A stretch of DNA of 64,000 nt, taken from the NCBI RefSeq assembly GCF_943846705.1, contig NZ_OX044366.1, positions 1,626,996 through 1,690,995 of the forward strand, read 5' to 3'. A program made the translations under genes and the position numbers. Shown here one piece after another: positions 33,380 to 43,237 of this stretch (position 1 is its first letter; each line of letters opens with the position of its first letter). The stretch comes from an uncultured Pseudomonas sp. (GTDB taxonomy: Bacteria > Pseudomonadota > Gammaproteobacteria > Pseudomonadales > Pseudomonadaceae). Under the pieces are notes generated by a model. It had not been told where the DNA came from. It worked only from the letters and a program-made list of their open reading frames with translations, and made no database searches.

Positions 33380-34407
33380 CGTTCGGGTTCCTGTGAGTGA
33401 TCGATAGTTGCAGCCCGTGGGCCATAAGGTAGTGAAGGTTTGGCGAAGTGCCGTACCTGAATTTGGAAGCCGTTGCGCAAGCCCACATACAGGCTTTCGC
33501 AGGTGTTTAGCTCGGCGGCGCTGGCCCAGCGCGCCAGGTCGTCTTGTTCGAAGCCCAGCCACAGGTCGCCACAGGCATCGCGGGCCCAGCTCTGGTTGTG
33601 ACTGCACAGCTCGGTGATCAATAGGCTACCGCCTGGCTTAACGCGCTGAGCCAGCTGTTTGAGCGCCTCGGCCGGGGCCGCAAAATGGTGCAAGACCATG
33701 TTCAGTACCAGGCAATCGGCCGCCGGGTAATCGTCGTGCAGGGCGTCGGCCAGTTGCAGCTGAACATTATTCAAGCCCTCTTCGGCGCAGCGCAGGCGGG
33801 CCAGTTCGAGCATCGCCGCGCTGTTATCCAGTGCCAGTACATGCTCAAAACGCCGCGCCAACTCCGGCAGAAAGCCACCGTCGCCGGGGCCAACTTCCAC
33901 CGCGCAGGCGTTGGCGGCAAACCCCAGGGAGTCGAGCAGGGCCAGCACGCTGTCACGGTATTGCGGCAGGCCGGCGATCAGGTCCTGCTGCGCCTGGAAG
34001 CTGGCCGCGCTGCGGCTGAAGAACGCCTGACTGGCGGCGGCACGCTGGCTGTGTACTGCGCCAATGCGCTGCTGCACCTCGGCCGGTAACGGTAAACGGT
34101 CGACTTCATCCAGCAGTGCCGCGTGCAACAGGCTGCCGAGCTGTTCACTCTGTGCCAAGGCGCGCCGGTAGAAAATCGCATTGCCCTCACGGCGGGTGGC
34201 CACCAACTCGGCTTGCGCCAGCACCTTGAGGTGGTGGCTGATGCCGGATTGGCCGGTGGCGAATATCTGCGCCAGCTCCAGCACGCCGAACGAGTTGTTG
34301 GCCAGCGCGCGCAGGATGTTCAGGCGCAGCGCATCGCCGCTGGCCTTGCACAGGGCGGCGAGGGCGTCGACTGGCTCAAAGGCCAAATGGGAGGCACGCA
34401 TATTCAT
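33376..34407 (-). CDS. sahR: ArsR-type HTH fused to a SAM-methyltransferase-like domain (SahR-like SAH-responsive regulator, tentative)
   Basis: 343 aa. wHTH (LRLNILRAL...[16 protein letters not shown]) plus a class-I MTase fold ([16 protein letters not shown]). Its TGA overlaps the metK ATG (ATGA). No clear SD precedes ATG 34407. Confidence 0.75.
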   Translation of the reverse strand: MNMRASHLAFEPVDALAALCKASGDALRLNILRALANNSFGVLELAQIFATGQSGISHHLKVLAQAELVATRREGNAIFYRRALAQSEQLGSLLHAALLDEVDRLPLPAEVQQRIGAVHSQRAAASQAFFSRSAASFQAQQDLIAGLPQYRDSVLALLDSLGFAANACAVEVGPGDGGFLPELARRFEHVLALDNSAAMLELARLRCAEEGLNNVQLQLADALHDDYPAADCLVLNMVLHHFAAPAEALKQLAQRVKPGGSLLITELCSHNQSWARDACGDLWLGFEQDDLARWASAAELNTCESLYVGLRNGFQIQVRHFAKPSLPYGPRAATIDHSQEPER

Positions 34408-34438
34408 AGGAGGGGCAGTCTAATCGGTCATTTTTTAT

Positions 34439-34482
34439 CCAGCAAGGCCAATATCAAAAAGTTTTGATATTGGCCTTGCTGG
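34439..34482. promoter_or_regulatory. 44-bp perfect palindrome (21-bp arms): candidate SahR operator overlapping the sahR-metK promoter, and/or terminator of the LysR-family gene
   Basis: CCAGCAAGGCCAATATCAAAA-ag-TTTTGATATTGGCCTTGCTGG. On the minus strand TTGATA (34452-34457) plus a 16-nt spacer plus AAAAAT (34430-34435) form a plausible -35/-10. The TGA of the upstream LysR-family gene (34454-34456) lies inside the left arm. Confidence 0.6.
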
Positions 34483-35365
34483 TGTTCAGAGCATCATGCA
34501 CCTGATTTAACAGTGCATCCGCCGCAGGGCTCAGGCTGTGTTCGCGCTGCCAGACCGCATGCAGGTCGCGGCTGATACTCAGGCCGCTGACGGCCAGGCA
34601 GCATAATTGACCGCTGCGCAGCTCCTCTTGCACTGCCAGTTCCGAGATCCAGGCGATGGCCTGCCCGTTCAGCAGGCTGCGCTTGAGTGCCTCGCTGTTG
34701 CCCAGCGCCATGGCAATACATGGTTCCAGGCCGAGTGCCTGGTAGGCCTGTTCCAGGGTGGTGCGGGTGCCGGATCCCTGTTCGCGGATCAGCAGTGGCG
34801 TGGCGACCAGCTCTGCCGGGCTCAGCTGGCTGCGGCCCGCGAGCGGGTGCTGTGGGCTGGCCACGGGTAGCAGGGCGTCAGCGCCAAGCAGGCGGTGGCT
34901 GAACTGCTCGCGGTCAAACGGGCCTTCGATAAACGCCAGGGTGATTTCATTGCGTTCGAGTTGCCGCAAGCTGTCGGCGGTATTGCCGATCAGCAGGCTC
35001 AGTTGCAACTGCGGGTGCTGCTGGTGAAAACCGGCGATCAGGCCTGGCAGCAGGTAGCTGCCCAGCGTGGCGCTGGCGCCCAGTGCCAGCTCGCCACAGC
35101 TGAGGTTGGCGAAAGCGTGCAGGTCGCGCTCGGCGGCTTGTTCCAAGGCAAAGATGCGCTCGGCGTAAGGCAGTAACCGCTGGCCGGCGGCGGTCGGGCT
35201 GACGCCGCGACTCTGGCGATCAAACAGGCGCAAGTTTAGGCGCGCTTCCAGCTCGCGGATTTCCCTAGTCACCGCCGGCTGGCTGATAAACAAGCGTGCC
35301 GCACCGGCGCTGATGCTGCCGGTTTCGGCGATGGCGAGAAACACCTTGAGGTGATGTAGATTCAT
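34454..35365 (-). CDS. LysR-family transcriptional regulator
   Basis: 303 aa with N-terminal HTH MNLHHLKVFLAIAETGSISAGAARLFISQPAVTREIRELE. It is divergent from the TDT transporter gene. Confidence 0.9.
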   Translation of the reverse strand: MNLHHLKVFLAIAETGSISAGAARLFISQPAVTREIRELEARLNLRLFDRQSRGVSPTAAGQRLLPYAERIFALEQAAERDLHAFANLSCGELALGASATLGSYLLPGLIAGFHQQHPQLQLSLLIGNTADSLRQLERNEITLAFIEGPFDREQFSHRLLGADALLPVASPQHPLAGRSQLSPAELVATPLLIREQGSGTRTTLEQAYQALGLEPCIAMALGNSEALKRSLLNGQAIAWISELAVQEELRSGQLCCLAVSGLSISRDLHAVWQREHSLSPAADALLNQVHDALNTSKANIKTF

Positions 35366-35475
35366 AAATAAAAGGCATGCCTCGTATCTTCTATATGTAT
35401 TTCACCTATAGCACAGCCTCTCCTAACCTTGCAGGCATAGACCGCCACAGCCGGTCGTTTGTGAGGAATGCCGTG

Positions 35476-36600
35476 ATGCTTCGTCCTTTTACTCGTTTGC
35501 ATGAACCGCTGGCGTTCGTGCGTCAGTTCACCCCCAACTGGTTTGCCATGACCATGGGCACCGGCGTGTTGGCCCAGGTAGTGGCCAAGCTGCCCTTGTC
35601 GTTCACCGGGCAGTTGTGGCTGGCCGAAGGCCTATGGCTGCTGACGCTGCTACTGTTTGGGCTGTTCAGCCTGCTGTTTGTCGCGCGCTTGCTGCTGTTT
35701 CGCGACACCCTGTGGCCGATGCTGGATCATCCGGTGCAGTCGATGTTCCTGGGCGCGATTCCCATGGGGCTGGTGCAGGTGATCAACGGCATGCTGCTGT
35801 TTGCCGAACCGGTGTATGGCGCGCCAGTGGTGCAACTGGCGCACGGCCTTTGGTGGCTGGCCTTGGCCTTGGCGTTGGGGGCTGCGCTGGGTGTGCCTTA
35901 CCTGATGTTTACCCGGCAAAAGCATGTGCTGGAGACCCTGACAGGCGTCTGGTTACTGCCGATAGTGGCACCTGAGGTGGTCGCTAGTGGTGCTGCGCCG
36001 CTGGCCCCACATCTGCCGGCCGAGTCGGCGCAATTACTGCTGAGTCTCGGTTATATGTTGTGGGGCTTGTCCCTGAGTTTGGCGTTTGCCCTGATCGCCC
36101 TGGTGCTGCTGCGCCTGGCCCTGCATAAATTGCCGGACATGGATTTCGCCGCCAGCAGCTGGTTGCCGCTGGGGCCGTTGGCTACCGGGTGCTTGGGCCT
36201 GGTCAGCCTGGGACAAGCCGCGCCACAGGCCTGGCAGGGTACGGCCTTGCAGGGCGCAGCAGAAATGGCGCAGCAGCTGGGTCTGGTCGGCGGGCTGGCA
36301 CTCTGGGGGGCCGGGTTCTGGTGGTTGGTGGCGGCCAGTATGTTTACTCAGCATTACCTGCGCCGGGAGTTGCCGTTCAACCTGGGCTGCTGGGGATTCA
36401 CCTTCCCGCTAGGGGTGTTTACCCTCGCTACCTTTGCCTTGCAGCAGTTAACCGGGTTGGCGTTTTTCACCTGGGTTGGGCTGCTGCTGGCCGGCTTGTT
36501 AGCGCTCATATGGATGTGGGTGATGCGTCACACTCTGAGAGGTCTCTGGCATGGCGAGCTGTTCAAAGCACCGTGCCTGGTTGTGGCGAAGACGGTTTAA
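35476..36600 (+). CDS. TDT-family (TehA/Mae1-like) C4-dicarboxylate/malate-type transporter
   Basis: ORF-track 35377 trimmed to ATG 35476 (GAGGA 8 nt upstream; 374 aa). It has ~10 TM helices. Confidence 0.78.
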   Translation: MLRPFTRLHEPLAFVRQFTPNWFAMTMGTGVLAQVVAKLPLSFTGQLWLAEGLWLLTLLLFGLFSLLFVARLLLFRDTLWPMLDHPVQSMFLGAIPMGLVQVINGMLLFAEPVYGAPVVQLAHGLWWLALALALGAALGVPYLMFTRQKHVLETLTGVWLLPIVAPEVVASGAAPLAPHLPAESAQLLLSLGYMLWGLSLSLAFALIALVLLRLALHKLPDMDFAASSWLPLGPLATGCLGLVSLGQAAPQAWQGTALQGAAEMAQQLGLVGGLALWGAGFWWLVAASMFTQHYLRRELPFNLGCWGFTFPLGVFTLATFALQQLTGLAFFTWVGLLLAGLLALIWMWVMRHTLRGLWHGELFKAPCLVVAKTV

Positions 36601-36736
36601 GGCGGTTAACCAAGGGTCTATTGCCGATTGTCTGGGTTTAACGACCATCTGTGATTGCCCCATGGCCCCCGCTGGGCGAAAATGGCCGCCTTTTTCGACC
36701 CCCAGTTGCCCAAGCAGCCCCGTAGGAGATTCAGTG

Positions 36737-38737
36737 ATGCCCAGCCGTCGTGAGCGAGCCAATGCCATTCGTGCCCTGAGCATGGATGCCGTGCAGAAAG
36801 CCAACAGCGGCCACCCAGGTGCCCCGATGGGCATGGCGGATATCGCCGAAGTACTGTGGCGCGACTTCCTCAAGCACAACCCGAGCAACCCGAAATTCGC
36901 CGACCGTGACCGCTTCGTGCTGTCCAATGGTCATGGCTCGATGCTGATCTATTCGTTGCTGCACCTGACCGGCTACGACCTCGGTATTGAAGACCTGAAG
37001 AACTTCCGCCAGCTGCACAGCCGCACCCCGGGTCACCCGGAGTTCGGTTACACCCCGGGCGTGGAAACCACCACCGGCCCGCTCGGTCAGGGCATTGCCA
37101 ACGCGGTCGGCTTTGCCATTGCCGAGAAGGTGCTGGGCGCGCAGTTCAACCGTGACGGCCACCAGATCGTTGACCACTTCACCTACGCCTTCCTCGGCGA
37201 CGGTTGCATGATGGAAGGCATCAGCCATGAAGTCTGCTCCCTGGCCGGCACCTTGGGCCTGGGCAAGCTGGTGGCCTTTTATGATGACAACGGCATCTCC
37301 ATCGACGGCGAAGTCGAAGGCTGGTTCACCGATGACACCCCGGCGCGCTTTGAAGCCTACGGCTGGCAGGTGATCCGCAATGTCGACGGCCATGACGCCG
37401 ACGAAATCAAGATGGCCATCGAGACCGCGCGTAAAACCGATGACCGTCCGACGCTGATCTGCTGCAAAACCACCATCGGCTTCGGTTCGCCAAACAAAGG
37501 CGGCAAGGAAGATTGCCACGGTGCGCCGCTGGGCCTCGAAGAAATCGCCCTGACCCGCGCCACTCTGGGCTGGAACCACGGCCCGTTTGAAATCCCGGCT
37601 GATATCTACGCCGAGTGGGACGCCAAGCAAGCCGGTGCCGCCGCCGAAGCTGAGTGGGACCAGCGCTTTGCTGCCTACGCTGCCGCCTTCCCCGAGCTGG
37701 CCAGCGAGTTCAAGCGCCGTGTCGCCGGTGAGCTGCCAGCCGACTTCGCCGAGAAGACCGCTGCCTATATCCAGGAAGTCGCCGCCAAAGGCGAAACCAT
37801 CGCCAGCCGCAAGGCCAGCCAGAACACCCTCAACGCATTTGGTCCGTTGCTGCCGGAGTTCCTCGGTGGCTCGGCTGACCTCGCCGGCTCCAACCTGACC
37901 CTGTGGAAAGGCTGCAAGGGTGTCTCGGCTGCCGACGCGTCCGGCAACTACATGTTCTACGGTGTACGTGAATTCGGCATGAGCGCGATCATGAACGGCG
38001 TGGCTCTGCACGGCGGCTTCGTGCCGTACGGCGCAACCTTCCTGATCTTTATGGAGTACGCCCGTAACGCCGTGCGTATGGCTTCGTTGATGAAGCAGCG
38101 CGTGCTGTTTGTGTTCACCCACGACTCCATCGGTCTCGGTGAAGACGGCCCGACCCACCAGCCGATCGAGCAGCTGGCCAGCCTGCGTGGCACGCCGAAC
38201 CTCGACACCTGGCGCCCCTGCGACGCCGTGGAATCGGCGGTGGCCTGGAAGTACGCGATTGAGCGCAACGACGGCCCGAGCGCGCTGATCTTCAGCCGGC
38301 AGAACCTGCCGCACCAGAACCGCGACGCCCAGCAACTGAGCGATGTTGCCCGTGGTGGTTATGTGCTGAAAGACTGCGCCGGCGAGCCGGAGCTGATCCT
38401 GATCTCCACCGGTTCGGAAATCGGTTTGGCCGTAGCCGCTTTTGAGAAACTGACTGCCGAAGGCCGTCAGGTGCGTGTGGTGTCGATGCCGTCGACCAGC
38501 GTGTTCGACCAGCAGGATGCCGGCTACAAGCAGGCCGTATTGCCGGTGCAGGTTGGCGCGCGTATCGCCATCGAAGCCTCGCATGCGGACTACTGGTACA
38601 AGTACGTCGGTCTGGAAGGTCGCATCATCGGCATGACCACCTTCGGTGAGTCGGCTCCGGCCCCGGCGCTGTTCGAGGAGTTCGGCTTCACCGTCGAAAA
38701 CATCCTGGAAACTGCCGCCGAGCTGCTGGACGCCTAA
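36737..38737 (+). CDS. tktA: Transketolase
   Basis: ORF-track 36551 trimmed to ATG 36737 (AGGAGA upstream; 666 aa): [41 protein letters not shown]. Confidence 0.96.
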   Translation: MPSRRERANAIRALSMDAVQKANSGHPGAPMGMADIAEVLWRDFLKHNPSNPKFADRDRFVLSNGHGSMLIYSLLHLTGYDLGIEDLKNFRQLHSRTPGHPEFGYTPGVETTTGPLGQGIANAVGFAIAEKVLGAQFNRDGHQIVDHFTYAFLGDGCMMEGISHEVCSLAGTLGLGKLVAFYDDNGISIDGEVEGWFTDDTPARFEAYGWQVIRNVDGHDADEIKMAIETARKTDDRPTLICCKTTIGFGSPNKGGKEDCHGAPLGLEEIALTRATLGWNHGPFEIPADIYAEWDAKQAGAAAEAEWDQRFAAYAAAFPELASEFKRRVAGELPADFAEKTAAYIQEVAAKGETIASRKASQNTLNAFGPLLPEFLGGSADLAGSNLTLWKGCKGVSAADASGNYMFYGVREFGMSAIMNGVALHGGFVPYGATFLIFMEYARNAVRMASLMKQRVLFVFTHDSIGLGEDGPTHQPIEQLASLRGTPNLDTWRPCDAVESAVAWKYAIERNDGPSALIFSRQNLPHQNRDAQQLSDVARGGYVLKDCAGEPELILISTGSEIGLAVAAFEKLTAEGRQVRVVSMPSTSVFDQQDAGYKQAVLPVQVGARIAIEASHADYWYKYVGLEGRIIGMTTFGESAPAPALFEEFGFTVENILETAAELLDA

Positions 38738-38743
38738 CCGGCT

Positions 38744-38818
38744 GTAGGATGGGTTGAGCGCAGCGATACCCATCAACGTTCATGGTGGGTTACACCGTTC
38801 GCGGCTAACCCACCCTAC
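38744..38818. repeat. Inverted REP doublet between tktA and epd
   Basis: GTAGGATGGGTtgagcgcagcgatACCCATC ... GGTGGGTTAcaccgttcgcggcTAACCCACCCTAC. Confidence 0.8.
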
Positions 38819-38842
38819 GCCTGCTCCACCACTGAGATCGCC

Positions 38843-39898
38843 ATGTCCAAGCGCCCCTATCGAATTGCCCTCAACGGCTACGGCCGGATCGGCCGCTGCG
38901 TGCTGCGTGCGCTGCATGAGCGCGGTGCGGGTGCGCAGCTGGAAATCGTTGCCCTGAATGACTTGGCTGATCAGGCCAGTATTGAATACCTGACCCGCTT
39001 TGACTCCACCCACGGCCGTTTCCCCGGCGAAGTGCGGGTCGACGGTGATTGCCTGCATATCAATGGCGACAGCGTGAAAGTGCTGCGTCAGGCGACGCCT
39101 GAAGGGGTTGACTGGGCCGCGCTGGATATCGACCTGCTGCTGGAGTGCTCTGGCCAGTACACCACGCGTGCCGACGCCCAACGCTTTATCAATGCCGGTG
39201 CGCCACGGGTGCTGTTGTCGCAACCGATGGCCGGCGAAGCGGATATCGACGCTACCGTGGTATTCGGGGTCAATCAGGCCAACCTGAGCGGTCGCGAGCG
39301 CCTGGTATCCAATGCCTCCTGCACCACCAATTGCGGCGTGCCGTTGCTCAAGTTGCTGAATGAGACGGTGGGCATCGAGTACGTGTCGATCACCACCATT
39401 CACTCGGCGATGAATGATCAACCGGTGATCGACGCCTATCACCACGAAGACCTGCGCCGCACCCGTTCGGCTTTTCAATCGGTGATTCCGGTGTCCACTG
39501 GCCTGGCCCGTGGTATCGAACGCTTGCTGCCAGAACTTAGCGGGCGGATTCAGGCCAAAGCCATCCGCGTGCCGACGGTGAACGTCTCGTGTCTGGACAT
39601 CACCCTGCAAACCGCCCGCGATACCTCGGCGGCCGAGATCAACGCGGTGTTGCGTCAGGCGGCCGAGGCCGGCCCGCTGAAAGGGCTGCTGGCCTACACC
39701 GAGTTGCCGCATGCCAGCTGTGATTTCAACCATGACCCGCATTCGGCGATTGTTGACGGCAGCCAGACGCGCGTCTCCGGGCCGCGACTGGTCAACCTGC
39801 TGGCCTGGTTCGACAACGAGTGGGGCTTTGCCAACCGCATGCTTGATGTGGCCGAGCATTTTCTTTCTATGACTAATTCTGTTGCTGTGAAGGACTGA
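38843..39898 (+). CDS. epd: Erythrose-4-phosphate dehydrogenase (GAPDH family)
   Basis: 351 aa. NGYGRIGR and active-site SNASCTTNC. It sits between tktA and pgk. Confidence 0.88.
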   Translation: MSKRPYRIALNGYGRIGRCVLRALHERGAGAQLEIVALNDLADQASIEYLTRFDSTHGRFPGEVRVDGDCLHINGDSVKVLRQATPEGVDWAALDIDLLLECSGQYTTRADAQRFINAGAPRVLLSQPMAGEADIDATVVFGVNQANLSGRERLVSNASCTTNCGVPLLKLLNETVGIEYVSITTIHSAMNDQPVIDAYHHEDLRRTRSAFQSVIPVSTGLARGIERLLPELSGRIQAKAIRVPTVNVSCLDITLQTARDTSAAEINAVLRQAAEAGPLKGLLAYTELPHASCDFNHDPHSAIVDGSQTRVSGPRLVNLLAWFDNEWGFANRMLDVAEHFLSMTNSVAVKD

Positions 39899-39902
39899 TC
39901 CT

Positions 39903-41066
39903 ATGACCGTTCTGAAGATGACCGACCTCGACCTCGCCGGTAAGCGCGTGCTGATCCGCGAAGACCTCAACGTGCCGGTAAAAGACGGCGTAGTGAAGAG
40001 CGACGCGCGCATCCTCGCCTCCTTGCCGACCATCAAGCTGGCGCTGGAGAAGGGCGCGGCGGTGATGGTTTGCTCGCACCTGGGGCGCCCGACTGAAGGC
40101 GAGTTCAGCGCCGAGAACAGCCTGGCGCCTGTGGCCGCCTACCTGAGCAAGGCGCTCGGTCGTGACGTGCCATTGGTGGCTGACTACCTGGGCGGCGTTG
40201 AGCTGAAAGCCGGCGAGATCGTGCTGTTCGAGAACGTGCGCTTTAACAAGGGCGAGAAGAAGAACGCCGACGAACTGGCCCAGCAATACGCCGCACTGTG
40301 CGACGTGTTTGTCATGGACGCCTTCGGCACCGCACACCGTGCCGAGGGTTCGACCCATGGCGTGGCCAAGTTCGCCAAAGTCGCCTGTGCCGGCCCATTG
40401 CTGGCCGCCGAGCTGGATGCGCTGGGCAAGGCGCTGGGCAACCCGGCCAAGCCGATGGCGGCGATCGTTGCCGGCTCCAAGGTGTCGACCAAGCTCGACG
40501 TGCTCAACAGCCTGAGCCAGATCTGCGACCAGCTGATCGTCGGTGGCGGCATCGCCAATACCTTCCTCGCGGCTGCTGGCTTCCCGGTTGGTAAATCGCT
40601 GTATGAAGCTGATCTGGTTGAGACGGCCAAGGCCATCGCCGCCAAGGTCAGCGTGCCGTTGCCGGTTGACGTGGTAGTCGCTAAAGCCTTTGCCGAAGAC
40701 GCCGAAGCCACCGTCAAACTGGTCGCCGATGTGGCGGAAGACGACATGATTCTGGATATCGGCCCGCAGACCGCTGCGCAGTTCGCCGAATTGCTGAAAT
40801 CGTCGAAAACCATTCTGTGGAACGGCCCGGTTGGCGTATTCGAATTCGACCAGTTCGGCAACGGCACCAAGGTACTGGCCCAGGCCATTGCCGAAAGTCC
40901 GGCGTTCTCCATCGCTGGCGGTGGTGACACCCTGGCGGCCATTGACAAGTACGGCATTGGCGCGCAGATCAGCTATATCTCCACCGGTGGTGGTGCCTTC
41001 CTTGAGTTCGTCGAAGGCAAGGTGCTGCCGGCAGTTGCAGTGTTGGAACAGCGCGCCAATGATTAA
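39903..41066 (+). CDS. pgk: Phosphoglycerate kinase
   Basis: 387 aa, canonical PGK sequence, 4 nt after epd. Confidence 0.96.
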   Translation: MTVLKMTDLDLAGKRVLIREDLNVPVKDGVVKSDARILASLPTIKLALEKGAAVMVCSHLGRPTEGEFSAENSLAPVAAYLSKALGRDVPLVADYLGGVELKAGEIVLFENVRFNKGEKKNADELAQQYAALCDVFVMDAFGTAHRAEGSTHGVAKFAKVACAGPLLAAELDALGKALGNPAKPMAAIVAGSKVSTKLDVLNSLSQICDQLIVGGGIANTFLAAAGFPVGKSLYEADLVETAKAIAAKVSVPLPVDVVVAKAFAEDAEATVKLVADVAEDDMILDIGPQTAAQFAELLKSSKTILWNGPVGVFEFDQFGNGTKVLAQAIAESPAFSIAGGGDTLAAIDKYGIGAQISYISTGGGAFLEFVEGKVLPAVAVLEQRAND

Positions 41067-41382
41067 GCCAATCAGCCTGCTGGCCTTGTTCAGCTTGCTT
41101 GGCGCATGCGCCAGCCAGCCGACTCCGTCGGAGACTTGGACGCGCTGGGTGTGCGACAGCCAGGCCGAAGTGCTGTGGCGCTTCGTTGACAGCAGCGGCG
41201 AGTCCGTTGATGTACGCCTCAATGGCGGCGATCACGTCTATCACCTGACCCAGCAAGTATCTGGTTCGGGTGCACTGTACAGCGATGGTGTGCTGTCCTT
41301 TCATACCAAGGCTGAGGAAGGGCTGGTCTACTGGACCGCCAGCGATAACCTGATCGGCCGTGGCTGCAAAGCGCCCGAGTAG
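41059..41382 (+). CDS. Small lipoprotein, MliC/PliC-like (tentative)
   Basis: 107 aa. The ATG at 41059 overlaps the pgk 3' end by 8 nt. Lipobox LFSLLGAC. The MliC-like assignment rests on overall resemblance only. Confidence 0.6.
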   Translation: MIKPISLLALFSLLGACASQPTPSETWTRWVCDSQAEVLWRFVDSSGESVDVRLNGGDHVYHLTQQVSGSGALYSDGVLSFHTKAEEGLVYWTASDNLIGRGCKAPE

Positions 41383-41489
41383 CGATTTGAATACAGGCCA
41401 GGCTTACCCCTGATCTGAATGACTTGAATAGCGCCTGCCCCTGCGGCAGGCTTGCACGATTAACGAGCCCCACCGGGAGAAAGAACACC

Positions 41490-42554
41490 ATGGCACTTAT
41501 CAGCATGCGCCAGATGCTCGACCACGCCGCCGAATTCGGCTACGGCGTGCCGGCCTTCAACGTCAACAACCTCGAGCAGATGCGCGCGATCATGGAAGCG
41601 GCTGACAAGACCGATTCCCCGGTGATCGTCCAGGCCTCCGCCGGTGCGCGTAAATACGCCGGTGCACCGTTTTTGCGTCACCTGATCCTCGCGGCTATCG
41701 AAGAGTTTCCGCATATCCCGGTGTGCATGCACCAGGATCACGGCACCAGCCCGGATGTTTGCCAGCGCTCGATCCAGCTGGGCTTTAGCTCGGTGATGAT
41801 GGACGGCTCGCTGAAAGAAGACGGCAAAACCCCCGCCGACTACGACTATAACGTCCGTGTGACCCAGCAGACCGTTGCCTTCGCCCACGCCTGCGGTGTG
41901 TCGGTGGAAGGTGAGCTGGGTTGCCTGGGCAGCCTGGAAACCGGCATGGCCGGCGAAGAAGACGGCGTTGGCGCGGAAGGCGTGCTCGATCACAGCCAGA
42001 TGCTCACCGACCCGGAAGAAGCTGCCGACTTCGTCAAGCAGACTCAGGTCGACGCCCTGGCTATCGCCATCGGTACCAGCCACGGCGCGTACAAGTTCAC
42101 CAAGCCGCCTACCGGCGACATTCTGGCCATCGACCGCATCAAGGCGATCCACGCGCGCATCCCCAACACCCACCTGGTGATGCATGGCTCTTCTTCGGTA
42201 CCGCAAGAGTGGCTGGCGATCATCAACCAGTACGGCGGCGACATCAAAGAAACCTACGGCGTGCCGGTTGAAGAAATCGTCGAAGGCATCAAGCACGGCG
42301 TGCGTAAGGTCAACATCGACACCGACCTGCGCCTGGCGTCCACCGGTGCCATGCGCCGCATGATGGCCGAGCACCCGAGCGAGTTCGACCCGCGCAAATT
42401 CTTCGCCGCCACCGTAACCGCCATGCGCGACATCTGTATCGCCCGTTACGAAGCTTTCGGCACTGCCGGCAATGCCTCGAAGATCAAGCCGATGAACCTG
42501 GAAACCATGTTCCAGCGCTACGCCAAGGGTGAGCTGGCCGCCAAGGTCAACTAA
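41490..42554 (+). CDS. fba: Class II fructose-1,6-bisphosphate aldolase
   Basis: ORF-track 41424 trimmed to ATG 41490 (354 aa): [27 protein letters not shown]. Confidence 0.95.
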   Translation: MALISMRQMLDHAAEFGYGVPAFNVNNLEQMRAIMEAADKTDSPVIVQASAGARKYAGAPFLRHLILAAIEEFPHIPVCMHQDHGTSPDVCQRSIQLGFSSVMMDGSLKEDGKTPADYDYNVRVTQQTVAFAHACGVSVEGELGCLGSLETGMAGEEDGVGAEGVLDHSQMLTDPEEAADFVKQTQVDALAIAIGTSHGAYKFTKPPTGDILAIDRIKAIHARIPNTHLVMHGSSSVPQEWLAIINQYGGDIKETYGVPVEEIVEGIKHGVRKVNIDTDLRLASTGAMRRMMAEHPSEFDPRKFFAATVTAMRDICIARYEAFGTAGNASKIKPMNLETMFQRYAKGELAAKVN

Positions 42555-42570
42555 GCCTGTTGCTGTACTG

Positions 42571-42596
42571 AAAGCCCCGCCGATGCGGGGCTTTTT
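42571..42596 (+). terminator. Intrinsic terminator after fba
   Basis: AAAGCCCCGC-cgat-GCGGGGCTTTTT. Confidence 0.88.
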
Positions 42597-42738
42597 GCTA
42601 TGTGGGGCGCGCTGAATACTGCGCTTGATCAGGTCTGCCTAGCGCGGCTTGAACCGGGCGGCTTGGTAAAACCATGTAAAACACCGGGCGCATACCGTTC
42701 GGCGTGCTGGTCCATACTCGGGTCACTGTTGTTTCTGG

Positions 42739-43206
42739 ATGCCCGCCTTCATGCCGAGTAAATCACGCACCGTGCTGTACTTCCTCCTGGCTGTCCTGCT
42801 CACGAGCGTGCTGGGTGCTGTCCTGCAGACGCAGTTCAACCTGGCTAACTTGCAGGCCCTCGGCGCGCCGATACCGCTGATGGTGCGATTGCACACCACC
42901 GGCCTGGACCTGTTGGGCTTTAGCCCGACTTTCGCGGTGCTGGTGATCTGCGGTTTTGTGTTGGCCTTGCCGCTGGCGGGCCGGTTGGCGCGTAGCTGGC
43001 CGACTGCCCGCTGGCTGGTGTTTGCCCTGGCGGGGGCGCTGGCGGTGTGGTCGGCGCTGGCGTTGGCCAATGCATTGCTGCCGATGCCGACGCTGATTGC
43101 CGCCAATCGCAGCCTGGCCGGCACCGCCGGGCTGATGGCCAGTGGCAGCTTGGGTGCGCTGTTGTTTGCCGTGCTGAGACGCCCCGTCGCGTCTGCGCAA
43201 TCCTGA
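42739..43206 (+). CDS. Hypothetical inner-membrane protein (4 predicted TM helices)
   Basis: 155-aa hydrophobic ORF with genome-typical codon usage and no recognisable family. The start could also be the second ATG, 12 nt downstream. Confidence 0.55.
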   Translation: MPAFMPSKSRTVLYFLLAVLLTSVLGAVLQTQFNLANLQALGAPIPLMVRLHTTGLDLLGFSPTFAVLVICGFVLALPLAGRLARSWPTARWLVFALAGALAVWSALALANALLPMPTLIAANRSLAGTAGLMASGSLGALLFAVLRRPVASAQS

Positions 43207-43237
43207 TTGATCCACTTTCGCTGAAAAGGCCTGTGCC

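Noticed and set aside
33380-33607. N-terminal extensions proposed by the ORF track. Examples are metK from 33607, tktA from 36551, fba from 41424, rsmE from 7799, yccS from 48177, priA from 58416 and the cytochrome c' gene from 29226.
   Set aside because: In each case the well-conserved family N-terminus begins at an internal ATG or GTG preceded by a Shine-Dalgarno at proper spacing. The upstream extension reads through promoter, REP or neighbouring-gene sequence.
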